NCBI GenBank assembly: GCA_044892525.1
Contig: CM097885.1
Coordinates: forward strand, 52,826,001-52,890,000
From: Schmidtea polychroa
Taxonomy: Eukaryota
Reading direction: 5' to 3'
Length of the DNA stretch: 64,000 nucleotides
Part shown: in pieces, positions 1 through 15,500 of the stretch
How positions within the stretch are numbered: the stretch's first letter is position 1
Layout: every line of letters starts with the position of its first letter
Position numbers and translations under genes: made by a program
Notes under the pieces: generated by a model
The model's input: the letters and a program-made list of their open reading frames with translations, nothing else
Databases searched by the model: none
What the model was told of the DNA's origin: nothing

Positions 1-1023
1 TTAAAAAAAATTTATCATTTATATTTTTAATTATAATATGAACTAAAATATACGCTAATATCATTTTACATGTTTGATAAGTAATGGTTTATGATTCAAA
101 GGATAGTTAGGAGAATTTCTAAAATATATTTTACAATGTAACTTCATAGAGTATATAATAAGATCGTCTGAATAATAGTCGATGGCTATAAGCTTTGGGG
201 TAATTATAAAATTATAAAATGTAATCCTAATTGAATATATAAATAGAGGAACTTCAGATTAACTTGATAATAGTTTAATATACAGTTTGAGAAGGTCATT
301 TAAGAAAATTGTAAGTTGTTGTTCTTGTATTGCGTATATGTATGTAGAAATCTTTGATAAGTGTTGTCAATACTGTCGTTAATTACTACATAGTTCCAGG
401 AGGTTATTCGCTGGAGATTGTGATTTTCACTTTTATGAATTGAAGAGACATGTAAACAACTCTTTATTAGGATTATTACGATAGTTTGAGAATATTACCA
501 AATTATCATTTCATGGTATTGAGAAGTAGTAATTCGATTTTACTCAAATATCCTCAATTTCGATAATATACAATAGATCATTTAGAAAAATTTATGAATT
601 TTAAATTTTTGTTTTCGACATAAATATACGCAATACGATTCTTAGTATGATTTAGAGCACTATACAAATTGTATATATAACCGACTACATTGATTGTCAA
701 TAAAATAGAAAACTGCGATTAGTTTACATCTAGGGCTTTCCTCCGTTTATTGAGTCCTAGTGTAATGCAAAGATGTGATTTTTAATGTTAATTTTGCTAT
801 GTGAATTATTCGTGCAATAAATAGTCATTTACTGAAAATCGCTTGTTTTCGTGGCCACGATGTGCTCACTGTGACAAGCCCTAGTGTTTATGTAGGTCGA
901 TAATATGCTATCGACATATAGATACTACTATAACGAGTTCAAAAACTCTGTCAATCTGGAAGGAATTTATCAACTTAACTTCAAGGCAGTTACCATGAAG
1001 TGGTGCGACCTCCGACGACCCAA

Positions 1024-1141
<118 letters not shown>

Positions 1142-2089
1142 ATAGGTGCATGCCAGGCGGTGACCTGCGATCATTGGGGTTGTGTTGGATGTAAGGCTGG
1201 TCAAAATCAAAGATCAATTCTGAATCGTAGCGATTTTGATCACTCTTGCATCATAAAACCCAAAGAAAAAAAAATTCAATTTAAAAATGTAATTAATGAA
1301 AATATATCGTATCATAAAATACAAATGATAAGAAGAATCAATCGAATAAATCCTTACTATTAAGATCGGATTCAGTATTACTGGACAAAAATTTTGGCAT
1401 AAAAGTGTAACTTGTGACGAGAATGTAGCGGTATATACACCAAACACCACTGAGATACGTTCTCTATAGTGGTGGTTGGCGTGTAAAATCACTCACCGAT
1501 TTATTTATCATCATCATCAGCAAATCAAGCAACAATTTATCATGTACTGAATTATGTTTTTTTAATCAATGTTTTTAAAATCAATTATGTTTTTTGGAAA
1601 TTTATTTTAGCAATTTTACAAATGGCTTACAAGTAATTTTTTTTATTTAAAGTAAATTTTAAGATTTGAATTCTGATCTATATGAGATATGAGATCATTA
1701 TTCAAGTTCTTAAATATTACTTTTAATCAACATTATAAATTATTTTTAATTAATTTTCAGGCTTTTTTAGGAATTTTATGTCTTTTATTAAAGTATTTTG
1801 GAATTATTTCGAAAAAATGTGAGTCCGATATATTTTTAATTATAATTAATTAATTAAATAAATCAATCAATGTATTTTTTTAAAACATTTTGGGAAAAAT
1901 CGCTGATTAGAATAATTTTTTTAATTTTTGTAGTTTTTTCTCTGAGCTCAATATGAGGGGATTCTTAAAGGAAATCAAATCTGGAGTAAAAATATTTTGA
2001 ACCAAATTCATCTGCTCTTGATATTTTCATTAAAAATATAATTTAAAAAATTTTCAACGATCTTTTTTTTCTAAAAATTGTCTAAAATA

Positions 2090-2370
2090 GAATTATTATA
2101 GAAACGTATCTCATCGTTACAATTTTACGAATCAAAAGTTTGTATGTATTTTTTATTATGTGTTGTGCTTGTGTGCATTTTTTAATTTTCCTTCCACTTT
2201 TCAGATTTCTATAATATAAGATGTATCTCATTGAGCTATAAATGAGAACATCAACGTGAAATCAAAGTAAGTATGTATGTTTCTATAATGTAAGATTATT
2301 GATTTTTTTGTTATATTATAGGAAATGCATCTCAGTGGTGTTTGGTGTATACCTATTTTTCTGTGCGAGT
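2090..2370 (+). repeat. Dispersed repeat, second copy at ~63125-63385 (possibly an LTR fragment)
   Basis: Shared collinear blocks such as aatgagaacatcaacgtgaaatcaaagt, ccacttt..gatttctata and gaaacgt.tctca at both places. Confidence 0.75.
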
Positions 2371-4794
2371 ACGTGTGTGTGCATTGATGCAGTAAAACAA
2401 ACTCGAATTCTTTTCAATTCTAGAACATAGAACTATTTTTGATTTTTAACGATTTTAATGGCAATTTTTGTGCCATAATTTTTGTTTTTATTTTTAAAAT
2501 TTTATTTTTGAATTATTTTTGTCAAATTTGCCTCCATGATGGATTTGGGCATTTCCAGGACATTCCATATCTAATTTATTTTAATTTCTATTTTAGAATT
2601 GTTTTTTATGAATTGTTTTTTAGGATTTTTATTTTTTAAACTAAATTACTTATTTTTGTTAACTTTTATTGTATTGAATGGCATCCATGATGGATTTCGC
2701 CATTTTTATGGATTGTTCTGGGTTAATTTCTTGATTTCTCTCTTATTTTAGATTTTCTGCTGTTTTTCGACTTCGTTCGAGTTCGTTTTTGTACTTTTGT
2801 GCTTTTCTGTTGTGTTTGAGTCAATTTTCATGTGATACTTCTTGGATCGTGTCTTGTTTTATTTTTAGTTTAGATGTTTTATTTTCTATTATTTTTAATT
2901 TTAATTATTATTGCTTAATTGATGTTGCCTATTTTCTATTTAACAAAACTTAATGCTAGGTATGAGTGTTATGTGCCACAACATTTAGTCACATTTCCAA
3001 GATTTTTGGTCTAGAACTCAGTTCTTGCCCAACATAAGGATCAAACGAAAACTAAAGTTCCAAACTCTCATGCCGTGAATTTAATGATGACTGGAAAGAC
3101 AGATACATATTTATCTTTGATTTGTATGATTTACGGATTTTGTGTATCTGTTATTAAAAAAATAACTTGGAAAGACACTACAACAGCGCACATGCCAAAA
3201 TTTGAATTTCTTTACTTTTGCGCTGATAAATAATCTCTGTAAAACGCAATTATCCAAAACTTAGGTTGAATAAAAACAATCATTAAAATTTATGTTCAAG
3301 GGTTCAAGGGTTCATTGTATTTATTAAAGAAAACTTTGTTTTTCCATGGTAATTTATAAAATATTTTAATGTGAGATATCTTAATTCGTTAAACAGAGCT
3401 TGAGAAATAAAATAGAGGGGAAGAAATATTTATAAGAGGTCTAAGATATGACAACATGCCAACATGATAGGAAGACTTGACAAAGAAAATTAAAAACATA
3501 ATTGTCAGATAGCGATTGTATAAACCTAAATAAAAGGAAAATGACGGATTATGTGTAAAAAAAATGTTTGAATCATAACTTGAATATTACACCTAGTTTT
3601 ATACATGATTTCGTTATTTCGTTTCCGGATTTCTCTGTAAATATTTTTTAAATTTTCAAACAGTGTTGCTGGTGGATAAAAATCATTTCCTCATTTAATG
3701 ATTTTAAAGAAAACCTTTACGGTCCATGATACTGTTGAGGTAATAAATTATCAAATAAATTAATAGAAATAAAAATAAAAATTAGAATTAAATTATATTC
3801 ATTAGAATTGAATTATATTTATAATTAAATGAAGTAGAAATGTGAAAATTCGGTCAGAGATGGAATCGATAGTGTAAAGAAATAAAAAGAGAACAGAGGT
3901 GTGAGAAAGTGTATCATTATATGTGAAAAGAACAAAAATGTGAATTCTGAGAATACGATAAAAGATTCAAATATTTGAGTTAAAACTGGAAAATTGGTTA
4001 TAGGTGGAACAAGTAGCAAGGAATAACATGGTGATAACGGAATTTTCAGAAAGTGCCAGGAAAAGTGCGAAAAGGTGCATAATAGTTAAAAAAACAAGAA
4101 AACGAAATAGGAAGGATCAAGGATAATAACGAGATAAATATTAATAAAGATTTTGACAAAGCATCAACATCGAGTGGAGGACCATTCAAACTCATAAAAC
4201 TTTGGTCATTGATTATTTTGTGTTGAGAGATATTTTGTGATTCAACATACGTTAGGTAGTTTGTTGTTTCGTTATTATCAATTAAAGGGGCACATGTAGC
4301 CAGAATAGTACCGGGTCAAATTAGTAAAACACAGCAATACTAAAAGAACAATTGTTAAATCTAGCAATAATATTGATAGAAAGAAACTTTTCAAAAAATT
4401 TGTAAATGTTTCATATATTTTGATGTGAAATACAGTAAAATAAAAAAAATTAAATTTTCATTAATATTGGGCAAAATTCGTATTTTTTACTTTAAAAACA
4501 CGCCAAATTTTATTTGTAACAACATTGACAGAAAAGTAAATTAAAATGCAAGTCAGTTTTATCTGTGTTAAAACAAATGAAATTCATGCTATTGCCTTAC
4601 AATGAATTTGATACTAAACTTTTCCTAAATACTTTATCTCAAATTCCTCCTTTTTCATTGGTCAATTCAAAAACCAATGAAATTTTTCCTATTGTTTTTG
4701 TTATAATTTAGATGTAATATGAATCAATTTTTATGGCAGAGATATTGATTACGGTTTTTGCAAGTGAAATTCATTAAATAAATACCGAAGATTA

Positions 4795-5110
4795 ATGAGC
4801 ATCAATTTGGAAATCTGCTTTCCTACTCATTCCCGAAATACTTTGTTTTTATTTATTATTTGCTGGCTATTACCAATATTGGCTACTGTGTTTTACTCAG
4901 TCGTAATTATTCTTCCAAACTGGGAAAAAACCATTTTCAACATCTCGTTGTTTGTTTCAAATAAAACCAAGTTTATAGTTTTGGAATATTTATTGGATGA
5001 CTCAAATCAAATAAACGGCATTAAAGTAGCTCATGCCAACAATTCTGATCAAATTTGGTGTTTAATGAACATGAGGGGTGGTTTATGGGAAATTTGTGAT
5101 GAATTGTCAG
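4795..5110 (+). CDS. Host claudin/PMP22/EMP-like tetraspan protein, coding exon 1
   Basis: TM helix (LFLFIICWLLPILATVFYSVVIILP), then W...GGLWEIC, the W-GLW-C signature; phase-1 donor CAG|gtttga at 5110/5111. Confidence 0.8.
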
Positions 5111-5358
5111 GTTTGATAATTTTCATTGTCGCTTCATAAATCATAAAATTATCTCCATTATTCTATTGTTTTAAAAGTAACCTCTATAAAAGCTAAATAC
5201 AGATTATTCCAGGCGTGGTCAAACATTATAATAAAGGATAATGTTTTCATAAAACCAATAAAACTAAAAGTCAACCTAGGATTATAAAACTCCAAATTGA
5301 AGTTTTAAAAGTTGTTTTCTTAGATTCTTTTTTCTATTCTACCTGGAGTCTTTCTAGA

Positions 5359-5555
<197 letters not shown>

Positions 5556-6639
5556 CTGAAGTAAAGCAATAGTAATAAAATATTTCATTATCAATACATA
5601 AGGTTTCTTATACTTTCATATTAATACCAATTAGTGAAATTAGATATGATTACAGTGATTACAATAGTTAGCCATAATTTTTCATACTATTTTTTAATTT
5701 TGTAGCCCTTTATTATTCCTTTATTATGTCATAAAATTGTTGGGTTTAAAACAAAAAGGTACAAAAAAATAAAATAGTAGTACGATAAAAATCAATATAA
5801 ACACCAAAAATAATAAAAGTGCAAAAATTAATTAAAATTCATAAAAACTGAAAATTGATATTGTTCGTGAGAGAAGGTTGAACACCGAATCATGAGATGA
5901 ACCCAAAAATGAGAAGAAACATTTAATGAAAAATACCTAGAGAAAGTTATAAGTAAATAAAGTAATTAAATTAAATTAATTCGCTTATGGGAAACCCAAG
6001 TTGTGTGGAGTCCCGAACTTTATCGGAATCCCAATTAGTTATTAAAATAATAGATAGTTTGGTGTAGTGCCTGAAATATGCATATTCAATTTTACTTAAT
6101 TTTATTAAGTTTTTTAAATTATTTAAATTAAAATGACATAAACAAAAATTATGCTGTTTAAATATTATCATTATCTCTCACCTTTTTTTCTAAACTTACA
6201 AAAGAATGTACTCAAAACTCTTGAATGTTAACAATTTGTGGAACATGGAACCACTTCAACTCGAAATCAGACGTATAATCGCACCAACATCAATCTTCTG
6301 TTCGTTATATATTTCTACGCTATCAGTGTTCGAAGTTCACCTAATGGAAATATCATATTGCATTTCAAATTAAAAAAAAAATGAATTCAAAACAATAGTA
6401 GGATTGGAGCCCGCCAGGCCACATATACCCCCCTCCCCCCCGGGAAATTTTTTTTTAAAAATTAAAGGTCAAGGTCATTTTTTTTGTTTTATTAATTGGC
6501 CCAGCGGGCTCACACTTTTTTTCATCCCAATAATTAATGTTCCCGCCAACAGATTATATTGATCGATAGCTTATTTTAAAGCTCTGTGCAAGACCTTTCT
6601 AATGAGATATAGATTTCTATCATACGATGACTCATCACA

Positions 6640-7045
6640 TTTTTAGAACAAAGAAAATGACTCATCATATTTTTAGAACGATGCCACATATTTTTAGAAC
6701 TATTACGTAATCGATGCCCCATATTTTAAGAACAATGCCATATATTTTTAGAACTATTACATAATCGATGCCACATATTTTTAGAACGATGTCTAATATT
6801 TTTAGAACGATGCCACCTATTTTTAGAACTATTATGTAATCGATCCTTAATATTTTTAGAACGATGCCACATATTTTTAGAACTATTACGTAATCCATAC
6901 CACATATTTTTGAACTATTACGTAATCGATGCCACATATTTTTAGAATTGTTACGTAATCGATGCCGCATATTTTTAGAACGATGACTCATCCGATGACT
7001 CAACATATTTTAAGAACAAATCCAATGACTCATACGATGACTCAT
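6640..7045 (-). repeat. 21/33-bp minisatellite (atcgttctaaaaatatgtggc family) in left arm; inverted copies at ~13020-13185 and ~13470-13890
   Basis: Tandem catatttttagaac units; they produce the spurious IVLKICG-repeat ORF 6665..7006. Confidence 0.9.
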
Positions 7046-7576
7046 CAATGTCACTTTATTTTTAGTAATAAAGACATCTATTTTTAGCAACATTTTAAAT
7101 CTATTTTTAGTAACATTTTCGAACCAATGTTTTAATTATCGATTATGTCATAATTTGATTTTGTTTAAATTATTGATTATATTATAATATTTTTTGTTTT
7201 AATTATCGATTATGTAATAATTTGATTTTGTTTAAATCATTGATTATATTATAATATTTTTTGTTTTAATTATCGATTACGTAATAATCTAACTTATCAT
7301 TATTATTGGGAAAGATATTAACGCACGCGCGAAAGATGTTATTATTATTAGTATTATTATTTTACTCCGAGTTTATCCAACAAGATATTCTGTCCCCCTA
7401 AGGGTAATGGTCACAAAGGTACTGCTAAAACTTTAACATATTATTACACACAATGTAGAAAAAATATTATTAGTGTCCACACATTATACAAGTTAGTATT
7501 CCCATCAATAGCTCATCTTAAAGTCTAGTGTAAGATCTATCTAATGATATATTATTATTATTATAATTGGTAAAGA

Positions 7577-7676
<100 letters not shown>

Positions 7677-7839
7677 GGTAAAGATATTAACACCTGCGCG
7701 AAAGATGTTATTATTATTATGATTATTATTATATAATCCGAGTTTATCCGACAAGATACTCTGTCCCCACACACACATTTTATATACACATACCTTATTA
7801 TTTCAAAGTAACACGCGCGGGAGTTATTCTTATTATTAA

Positions 7840-8013
7840 AAAACCTAAAATATTTTTTACACACACACATGCACAACCCATTAACAATTATTATTGTAAA
7901 TATTAGTGAAAAACCTAAAATATTATTTACACACACACACAACCCATTAAACTTTATTATTATTATTATTGAAAAACCTAAAATATTTTTTACACACATA
8001 CAACCCATTAAAC

Positions 8014-8101
<88 letters not shown>

Positions 8102-8263
8102 GAAAAACCTAAAATATGGTTTACACACACACACCCATTAACAATTATTATTATCAATATTAGTGAAAACCTAAAATATTTTTACACACACACAACCCAT
8201 TAACAATTATTATTATCAATATTAGTGAAAAACCTAAAATATATTTTATACAACCCATTAACA

Positions 8264-8296
<33 letters not shown>

Positions 8297-8765
8297 GCAA
8301 ATATTAGTCAAAAACATAAAAACACACACAACCCATTAACAATTATTATTATCAATATTATTATTATTGCAAATACTAGTCAAAAACTTAAAATATTTTT
8401 TTACACACATACACACACAACCCATTAACAATTATTATTATTATCAATATTAGTGAAAACCTAAAATATTTTTACACACACACAACCCATTAACAATTAT
8501 TATTATCAATATTAGTGAAAAACCTAAAATATTTTTTATACAACCCATTAACAATTATTATTATTATTATTATTATTGCAAATATTAGTCAAAAACATAA
8601 AAACACACACAACCCATTAACAATTATTATTATCAATATTATTATTATTGCAAATACTAGTCAAAAACTTAAAATATTTTTTTTTACACACATACACACA
8701 CACAACCCATTAACAATTATTATTATTATCAATATTAGTGAAAACCTAAAATATTTTTACACACA
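7840..8765 (+). repeat. ~60-bp tandem array (aacccattaacaattattattatcaatattagtgaaaacctaaaatatttttacacaca) with (ATT)n expansions; inverted copy at ~11400-12260
   Basis: Repeated units read directly on both strands. Confidence 0.9.
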
Positions 8766-11417
8766 TAATTTTTACTTTATAATATATATTTCTAACTAAT
8801 AAGCCCCTTAATTGGATAAATGATAACCATATTTCTATAACTCCTTTAATTATTTTTGCCTCAAACCAATTTACTCCAAATGATAAAGAATTTAAAATTA
8901 TCAATGAATAAAGACCATGTTTTTCTCATATTATTAACTATTGTAACGAACATTAGATGAATAAATTAATTTTTGCTTTAAATGACTACAAAGTTAACCA
9001 ATAAATTAGTCGCTCGACATAAGTGTAAAGTTACATTTAAAATATTCACGAATTTCTGATCATCTCACTAAATTACCTAAGAATTTCTAACTGATTAATA
9101 TACCCTTGCGACATGTTGAATGTGACCAGTACCCTTGCTAACAATACCCATAGGGGGACAGAATATTTTGTCGGATAAACTCGGAGTATATGGTCTTTAT
9201 TGATATATCAAAATACTGTTATTTATAAATTAACTAAAACATACTCAAAAATACTATATTATTTTACTGAATGATACCTTAAATGTTTTTAATATATCTA
9301 TTTCCAAATAAATCGACAGTTCAAACCAATAACATGTATGGATGACCACCCATTGTTAATTTAATTCCAGTGTCACATCTTTCAAGAATACTGTGAGTGT
9401 TTTAACAAACCTGAGCTAAAAGAAACTTTCCAGATAACAACTCACCTGAATGTTTGAACAAAAATGAACGAAATTGAGAACAAACGATTAGATGGCGATT
9501 AACTTCTGGCCACAACTCTAAATATATAACATGAAAATTAAGATTTTAATTATTGAATTCGTTGTTTTCTGCCTGGAAATACTAACAGAATATTTTTAAT
9601 TCAAAGAATCTTCATTATAAATATTTGAATTTAAAAAATTAAATGAAGGATATATAAGTGTACATAATATTATATAAAATTATACTATATTTATTAATAA
9701 ATTTAGAATACATAAAATTATACTATATAATAATGTTAATGTTTAAATATGCTTAAATAACTAAATTGTTTGAATATTTTTAAATAACTAAATTTAAATT
9801 ATTTAAATTTAAATTATTTAAATATACTTTTGATATAACTTTATTTCTTTCGTTTTAGTATCCATAAGTAAGTAAATAAAGAATTTACTACAATATTTTA
9901 ATTGTTTAATTATTTAAATTTAAAATTAAAATTTAAATTATTTAAATAAACTTTTGATATAACTTTATTTCTTTCGTTTTAGTATCCATAAGTAAGTAAA
10001 TAAAGAATTTACTACAATATTTTAATTGTTTTCCTTAGTAATGAAGAAAATGAATTATATAATTATGAAGAAGATGAACCAGACTAAATGGTGAAACACT
10101 AAAAGACTTATGTTCTGGATTTAGAGATTTCTTATTAAAACATGAGTTATTGGATTATTTGGAAGACGAACCAGACAAAATGGTGAAACACTAAAGGAGT
10201 TATAGTTCCGGATTTTTTAAATGAATTAGCTGATTGTGGGTGTCCTTCAACATGAATGTTTACTTAAATTATGTAAACTTTCTTTCAACGAATGTCAAGA
10301 AAAATGGGAAAAACCGATGTTTTAGCAATTAAGTAAAGTACTCGTCATACCTGAAGAATATTATTATTAATGTAAGACATGAATTAATTCTTTAAAATAT
10401 ATATATTATATTTAGGTATCTGTGTATTATGGTGAGAATTGATAAGAAATGACATTGAAAGAGTATACCACAAATAACAGTTGCCTAATAGTCAGACAGA
10501 ATTTAATTTGTGACGATAACATCTGTAAGTTAATTGCTTTTAAATCAATATAAATTTTAGCAATGATAGTTGACGCCGCATCAGAAACTAAGAAATACGT
10601 CCAATTTGCAAGATGTATTCCAAATGACCCGATGGAGATGATAATTTTGAGATAGATTACCAGCAGAAGAGCGAGAAAAATTTGTAAATTAAATATAATA
10701 GGGTTGGGTGGGTCCTCTTTATCCCTTAATTAATATATATTTACAAGCTGATCGTCGTGGTGGGCGGTTGTAATCCAACTAGTGGGAGGCCTCTGTAAAT
10801 ATATATTTGTGTTAGTGAAAACATTAATTAATTTGGTTATAGTGCCAATGACGCATGTATTTTGAAATTATACGTTTCGAATGTGCTGGTAGTTGACTTT
10901 CCATGCTAGGCGTAATGTTCCGTACGGAAAACTATAATGCCCAGGTTCTTCTGACCCCACTTGGGGGAGGCACAGACGACCCTTGTGGACGCGAACAAAT
11001 ATCCACCGTGTCTTTCAGGCACAGATATTTGGTCACTGCTCATTAGGCCTGGCAATAATAATTGCATAAACTTTGCCTTGTTCTCTCTTGTCTTGATTTT
11101 TATAGTTTAAATAATTATTAAAAATATGGTTTACATGTAATAAGTTATATTTACTAACCCTAATTAATAAACCCTTGCGACATGTTGAGTGTGAGTAGTA
11201 CTTTTGTGACCATTACCCATAGGGGGACAGAATATCTTGTCGGATAGGCTAGGAGTATATACACTAATGTTAAACAAGGTATGTGTATATAGAATGTATG
11301 TATAAAATTATCGCTCCTTATTGACAACTTCCTGTAAAGGCAAACACAGAATACTGCAAACATAATAATACTCTACCCCATAACTTAGTATGTAAAAATT
11401 ATTTAAGGTTTTTTCAC

Positions 11418-11466
<49 letters not shown>

Positions 11467-11508
11467 TGTTAATGGGTTGTGTGTGTAAACCATATTTTAG
11501 ATTTTTTG

Positions 11509-11552
<44 letters not shown>

Positions 11553-11747
11553 TAATAATAATAATAATAATAATAATTGTTAATGGGTTGTATAAAAAAT
11601 ATTTTAGGTTTTTCACTAATATTGATAATAATAATTGTTAATGGGTTGTGTGTGTGTGTAAAAATATTTTAGGTTCTCACTAATATTGATAATAATAATA
11701 ATTGTTAATGGGTTGTGTGTGTGTGTAAACCTTATTTTAGGTTTTTC

Positions 11748-11802
<55 letters not shown>

Positions 11803-11975
11803 GTTTAGTGGGTTGTATATGTGTGTAGAAATTATTTTAGGTTTTCACTAATATTGATAATAATAATTGTTAATGGGTTGTGTGTGTGTAAAAATATTTT
11901 AGGTTTTCACTAATATTGATAATAATAATAATTGTTAATGGGTTGTGTGTGTGTAAACCTTATTTTAGGTTTTTC

Positions 11976-12013
<38 letters not shown>

Positions 12014-12444
12014 TAAAAGTTTAATGTGTTGTATATGTGTGTAGAAAATATTTTAGGTTTTCACTAATATTGATAATAATGATTGTTAATGGGTAGCGTG
12101 TGTGTAAAAAATATTTTAGGTTTTTCAATAATAATAATAATAAAGTTTAATGGGTTGTGTGTGTGTGTAAATAATATTTTAGGTTTTTCACTAATATTTA
12201 CAATAATAATTGTTAATGGGTTGTGCATGTGTGTGTGTAAAAAATATTTTAGGTTTTTCAATAACAAGAATAACTCCCGCGCGTGTTACTTTGAAATAAT
12301 AAGGTATGTGTATATAAAATGTGTGTGTGGGGACAGAGTATCTTGTCGGATAAACTCGGATTATATAATAATAATCATAATAATAATAACATCTTTCGCG
12401 CAGGTGTTAATATCTTTACCAATAATAATAATAATAATAATAAC

Positions 12445-12550
<106 letters not shown>

Positions 12551-15500
12551 TCTTTACCAATTATAATAATAATATATCATTAGATAGATCTTACACTAGA
12601 CTTTAAGATGAGCTATCGATGGGAATACTAACTTGTAGCATGTGTGGACACTAATAATATTTTTTCTACATTGTGTGTAATATGTTAAAGTTTTAGCAGT
12701 ACCTTTGTGACCATTACCCTTAGGGGGACAGAATATCTTGTCGGATAAACTCGGAGTAAAAAAAAAATAATAATAATAACATCTTTCGCGCGTGCGTTAA
12801 TATCTTTCCCAATAATAATGATAAGTTAAATTATTACGTAATCGATAATTAAAACAAAAAATATTATAATATAATCAATGATTTAAACAAAATCAAATTA
12901 TGACATAATCGATAATTAAAACATTGGTTCGAAAATGTTACTAAAAATAGATTTAAAATGTTGCTAAAAATAGATGTCTTTATTACTAAAAATAAAGTGA
13001 CATTGATGAGTCATTGGATTTGTTCTTAAAATATGTTGAGTCATCGGATGAGTCATCGTTCTAAAAATATGTGGCATCGTTCTAAAAATATGTGGCATCG
13101 TTCTAAAAATATGAGTCATCGATTGAGGCATTGTTCTAAAAATATGATGTCATTGTCTTTGTTCTAAAAATTGTGATGAGTCATCGTATGATAGAAATCT
13201 ATATCTCATTAGAAAGGCCTTGCACAGAGCTTTAAAATAAGCTATCGATCAATATAATCTGATGGCGGGAACATTAAATTTTGGGATGAAAAAAAGTGTG
13301 AGCCCGCTGGACCAATTAATAATATTTTGACAAATAATAATAATTTAACTTTGAAAAGATGGTGGTCATCAAATTTTAATAACATTAAAACTATTAAAGA
13401 TATATAAAATACCTATAGCACATCTTAAAGGTCTTGCATTGGGCTTTAAGATGAGGTATCGTTCAATAAAATATGAAGCATCGATTATATAATAGTTCTA
13501 AAAATATGAGGCATTGATTGAGGCATCGTTCTAAAAATATGAGGCATCGATTATGTAATAGTTTTAAAAATATGTGACATCGTTCTAAAAATATGAAGCA
13601 TCGACTATGTAATAGTTTTAAAAATATGTGGCATCGTTCTAAAAATATGAGGCATCGATTACGTAATAGTTCTAAAAATATGAGGCATCGTTCTAAAAAT
13701 ATTAGGCATCGTTCTAAAATAATGACGTAATCATTCTAAAATTAAGAGGCATCGTTCTAAAAATATGAGGCATCGATTACGTAATAGTTCTAAATATATT
13801 AAGCATCGTTCTAAAAATATTAGGCATCGTTCTAAAAATATGTGGCATCGTTCTAAAAATATGTGGCATCGTTCTAAAAATGTGACGAGTCATCGTATGA
13901 TAGAAATTTATATCTCATTCGAAAGGTCTTGCACAGAGCTTTAAAATAAGCTATCGATCAATATAATCTGTTCGCGGGAACATTAATTTTTGGGATGAAA
14001 AAAAGTGTGAGCCCGCTGGGCCAATTAATAATATTTTGACAAATAATAATAATTTAACTTTGAAAAGATGGTGGTCATCAATTGTTAATAACTATACCAA
14101 TAATAATGATGATAATAATATTTATAGATCAGTAGATAGATCTTGCACTGGGCTTTAAAATGAGCTATCGATCGATGAAGTAGAATGATGGGAACGATAA
14201 CTTTTGGGCAAACGAAAACCATGAGCCCGCCAGGCCACTAATAATATTTTGAATAATAATAATAATTTAACTTTGAAAAGATGGTGGTCATCAAATGTTA
14301 ATAACATTAAAACTATTAAAGATATATAAAATACTTATAGCACATCTAAAAGGTCTTGCACTGGGCTTTAAGATGAGCTATCGCTCAGAAAAATCCGTTG
14401 GCGGGAACATTATATATTGGGATGAAATAAAGTGTGAGCCCTCTGGACCAATTAATTAAAACAAAAAATTAAATTAAAAAAAAAAATTTTTTTCCCGGGG
14501 GGGGAGGGGGTATATGTGTCGCGGGGAGCTCCTGTTCTGGGGAGCTCCAATCATACTACTCAAAACTCTGAAATCATAACAATTTGTGATACAATGAACC
14601 ACTTCACTTCTATATCAAATATATATTACAAATGATAAATTTTGCAACGCTGCTGCCAATGTGTCTACTCGTCGTCGGATCATAGAACATCCAGTCAATG
14701 GATATATCGAAAACAAATCAACAATTACTCTCAGCTTCATCGTATTTGAATATTCAAACAATACGAAAATAGGTCAGTCGTATTCAATGAAATGTATTAT
14801 GAAGCAAAATCTCCAAAACGCTAAATGCACTTGGTACAAGGATGTTGAATTCGATCATCCAATAAAAATGGGAACGTTGGTGCTGATCAAATCTATTCGA
14901 TTTGCTTATGAAGAGATTAATAAAACCAATAATGATTAATATATTTTACTTATTATTCTTTTAAGTATTCTTATGGTCAGATTTATAATTTATAATACAA
15001 AATTACTTAAACCTAAAAGTTGCTCCACCTCTACTAGATCACCTAGTGTGAACTAGATCCACCAATGCGTGATTATAAGATTATAAACGATTATAAGATT
15101 ATAAAATAAAAATATAATTACAATCAAAATAATCTCAGGGTTTTCTTTGTAAAATTAATTATTCTCAGATAAATAATATATCCTTTCAAGTAATTTTAAG
15201 TGATGAAGTTTAATATATAAGTATATAATAAATAAATAATATAATATTCAGAGTAAAACTAAGGATATGACATACTTAATTAAAATCAAATAAATAAAAA
15301 AAATAATTTGTACAAAAAAATTTATTAGTTTTATTACGTCATTGATAATTTCATGTTGCTAGGGAATTTTATGAAAAATCTATCTTTCATTATAAACTAC
15401 AAATTTTCAATAATGCCTAAAGATTACACACGTCCCGATTAATAGGGATTGTCGCTGCTTTTAAGTCTAGTGACCCAATGTCCTGAAAAACATTTAGGAA

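Noticed and set aside
6640..7045. Regularly spaced repeats resembling a CRISPR array (also 13470-13890, 38940-39385, 44320-44720)
   Set aside because: No unique spacers, no cas genes, eukaryotic context; these are minisatellites.
11005..11047. Hammerhead-like ctaatgag...gaaa on the minus strand
   Set aside because: Core deviates from CUGAUGA and I could not build the three-stem junction with a cleavage triplet.
14661..14939. ORF with an Ig-like C...TWYKD pattern, plus similar ~50-bp segments at ~6210-6260 and ~14560-14610
   Set aside because: No clean splice model and stops nearby; perhaps a decayed gene fragment, but too weak to call.
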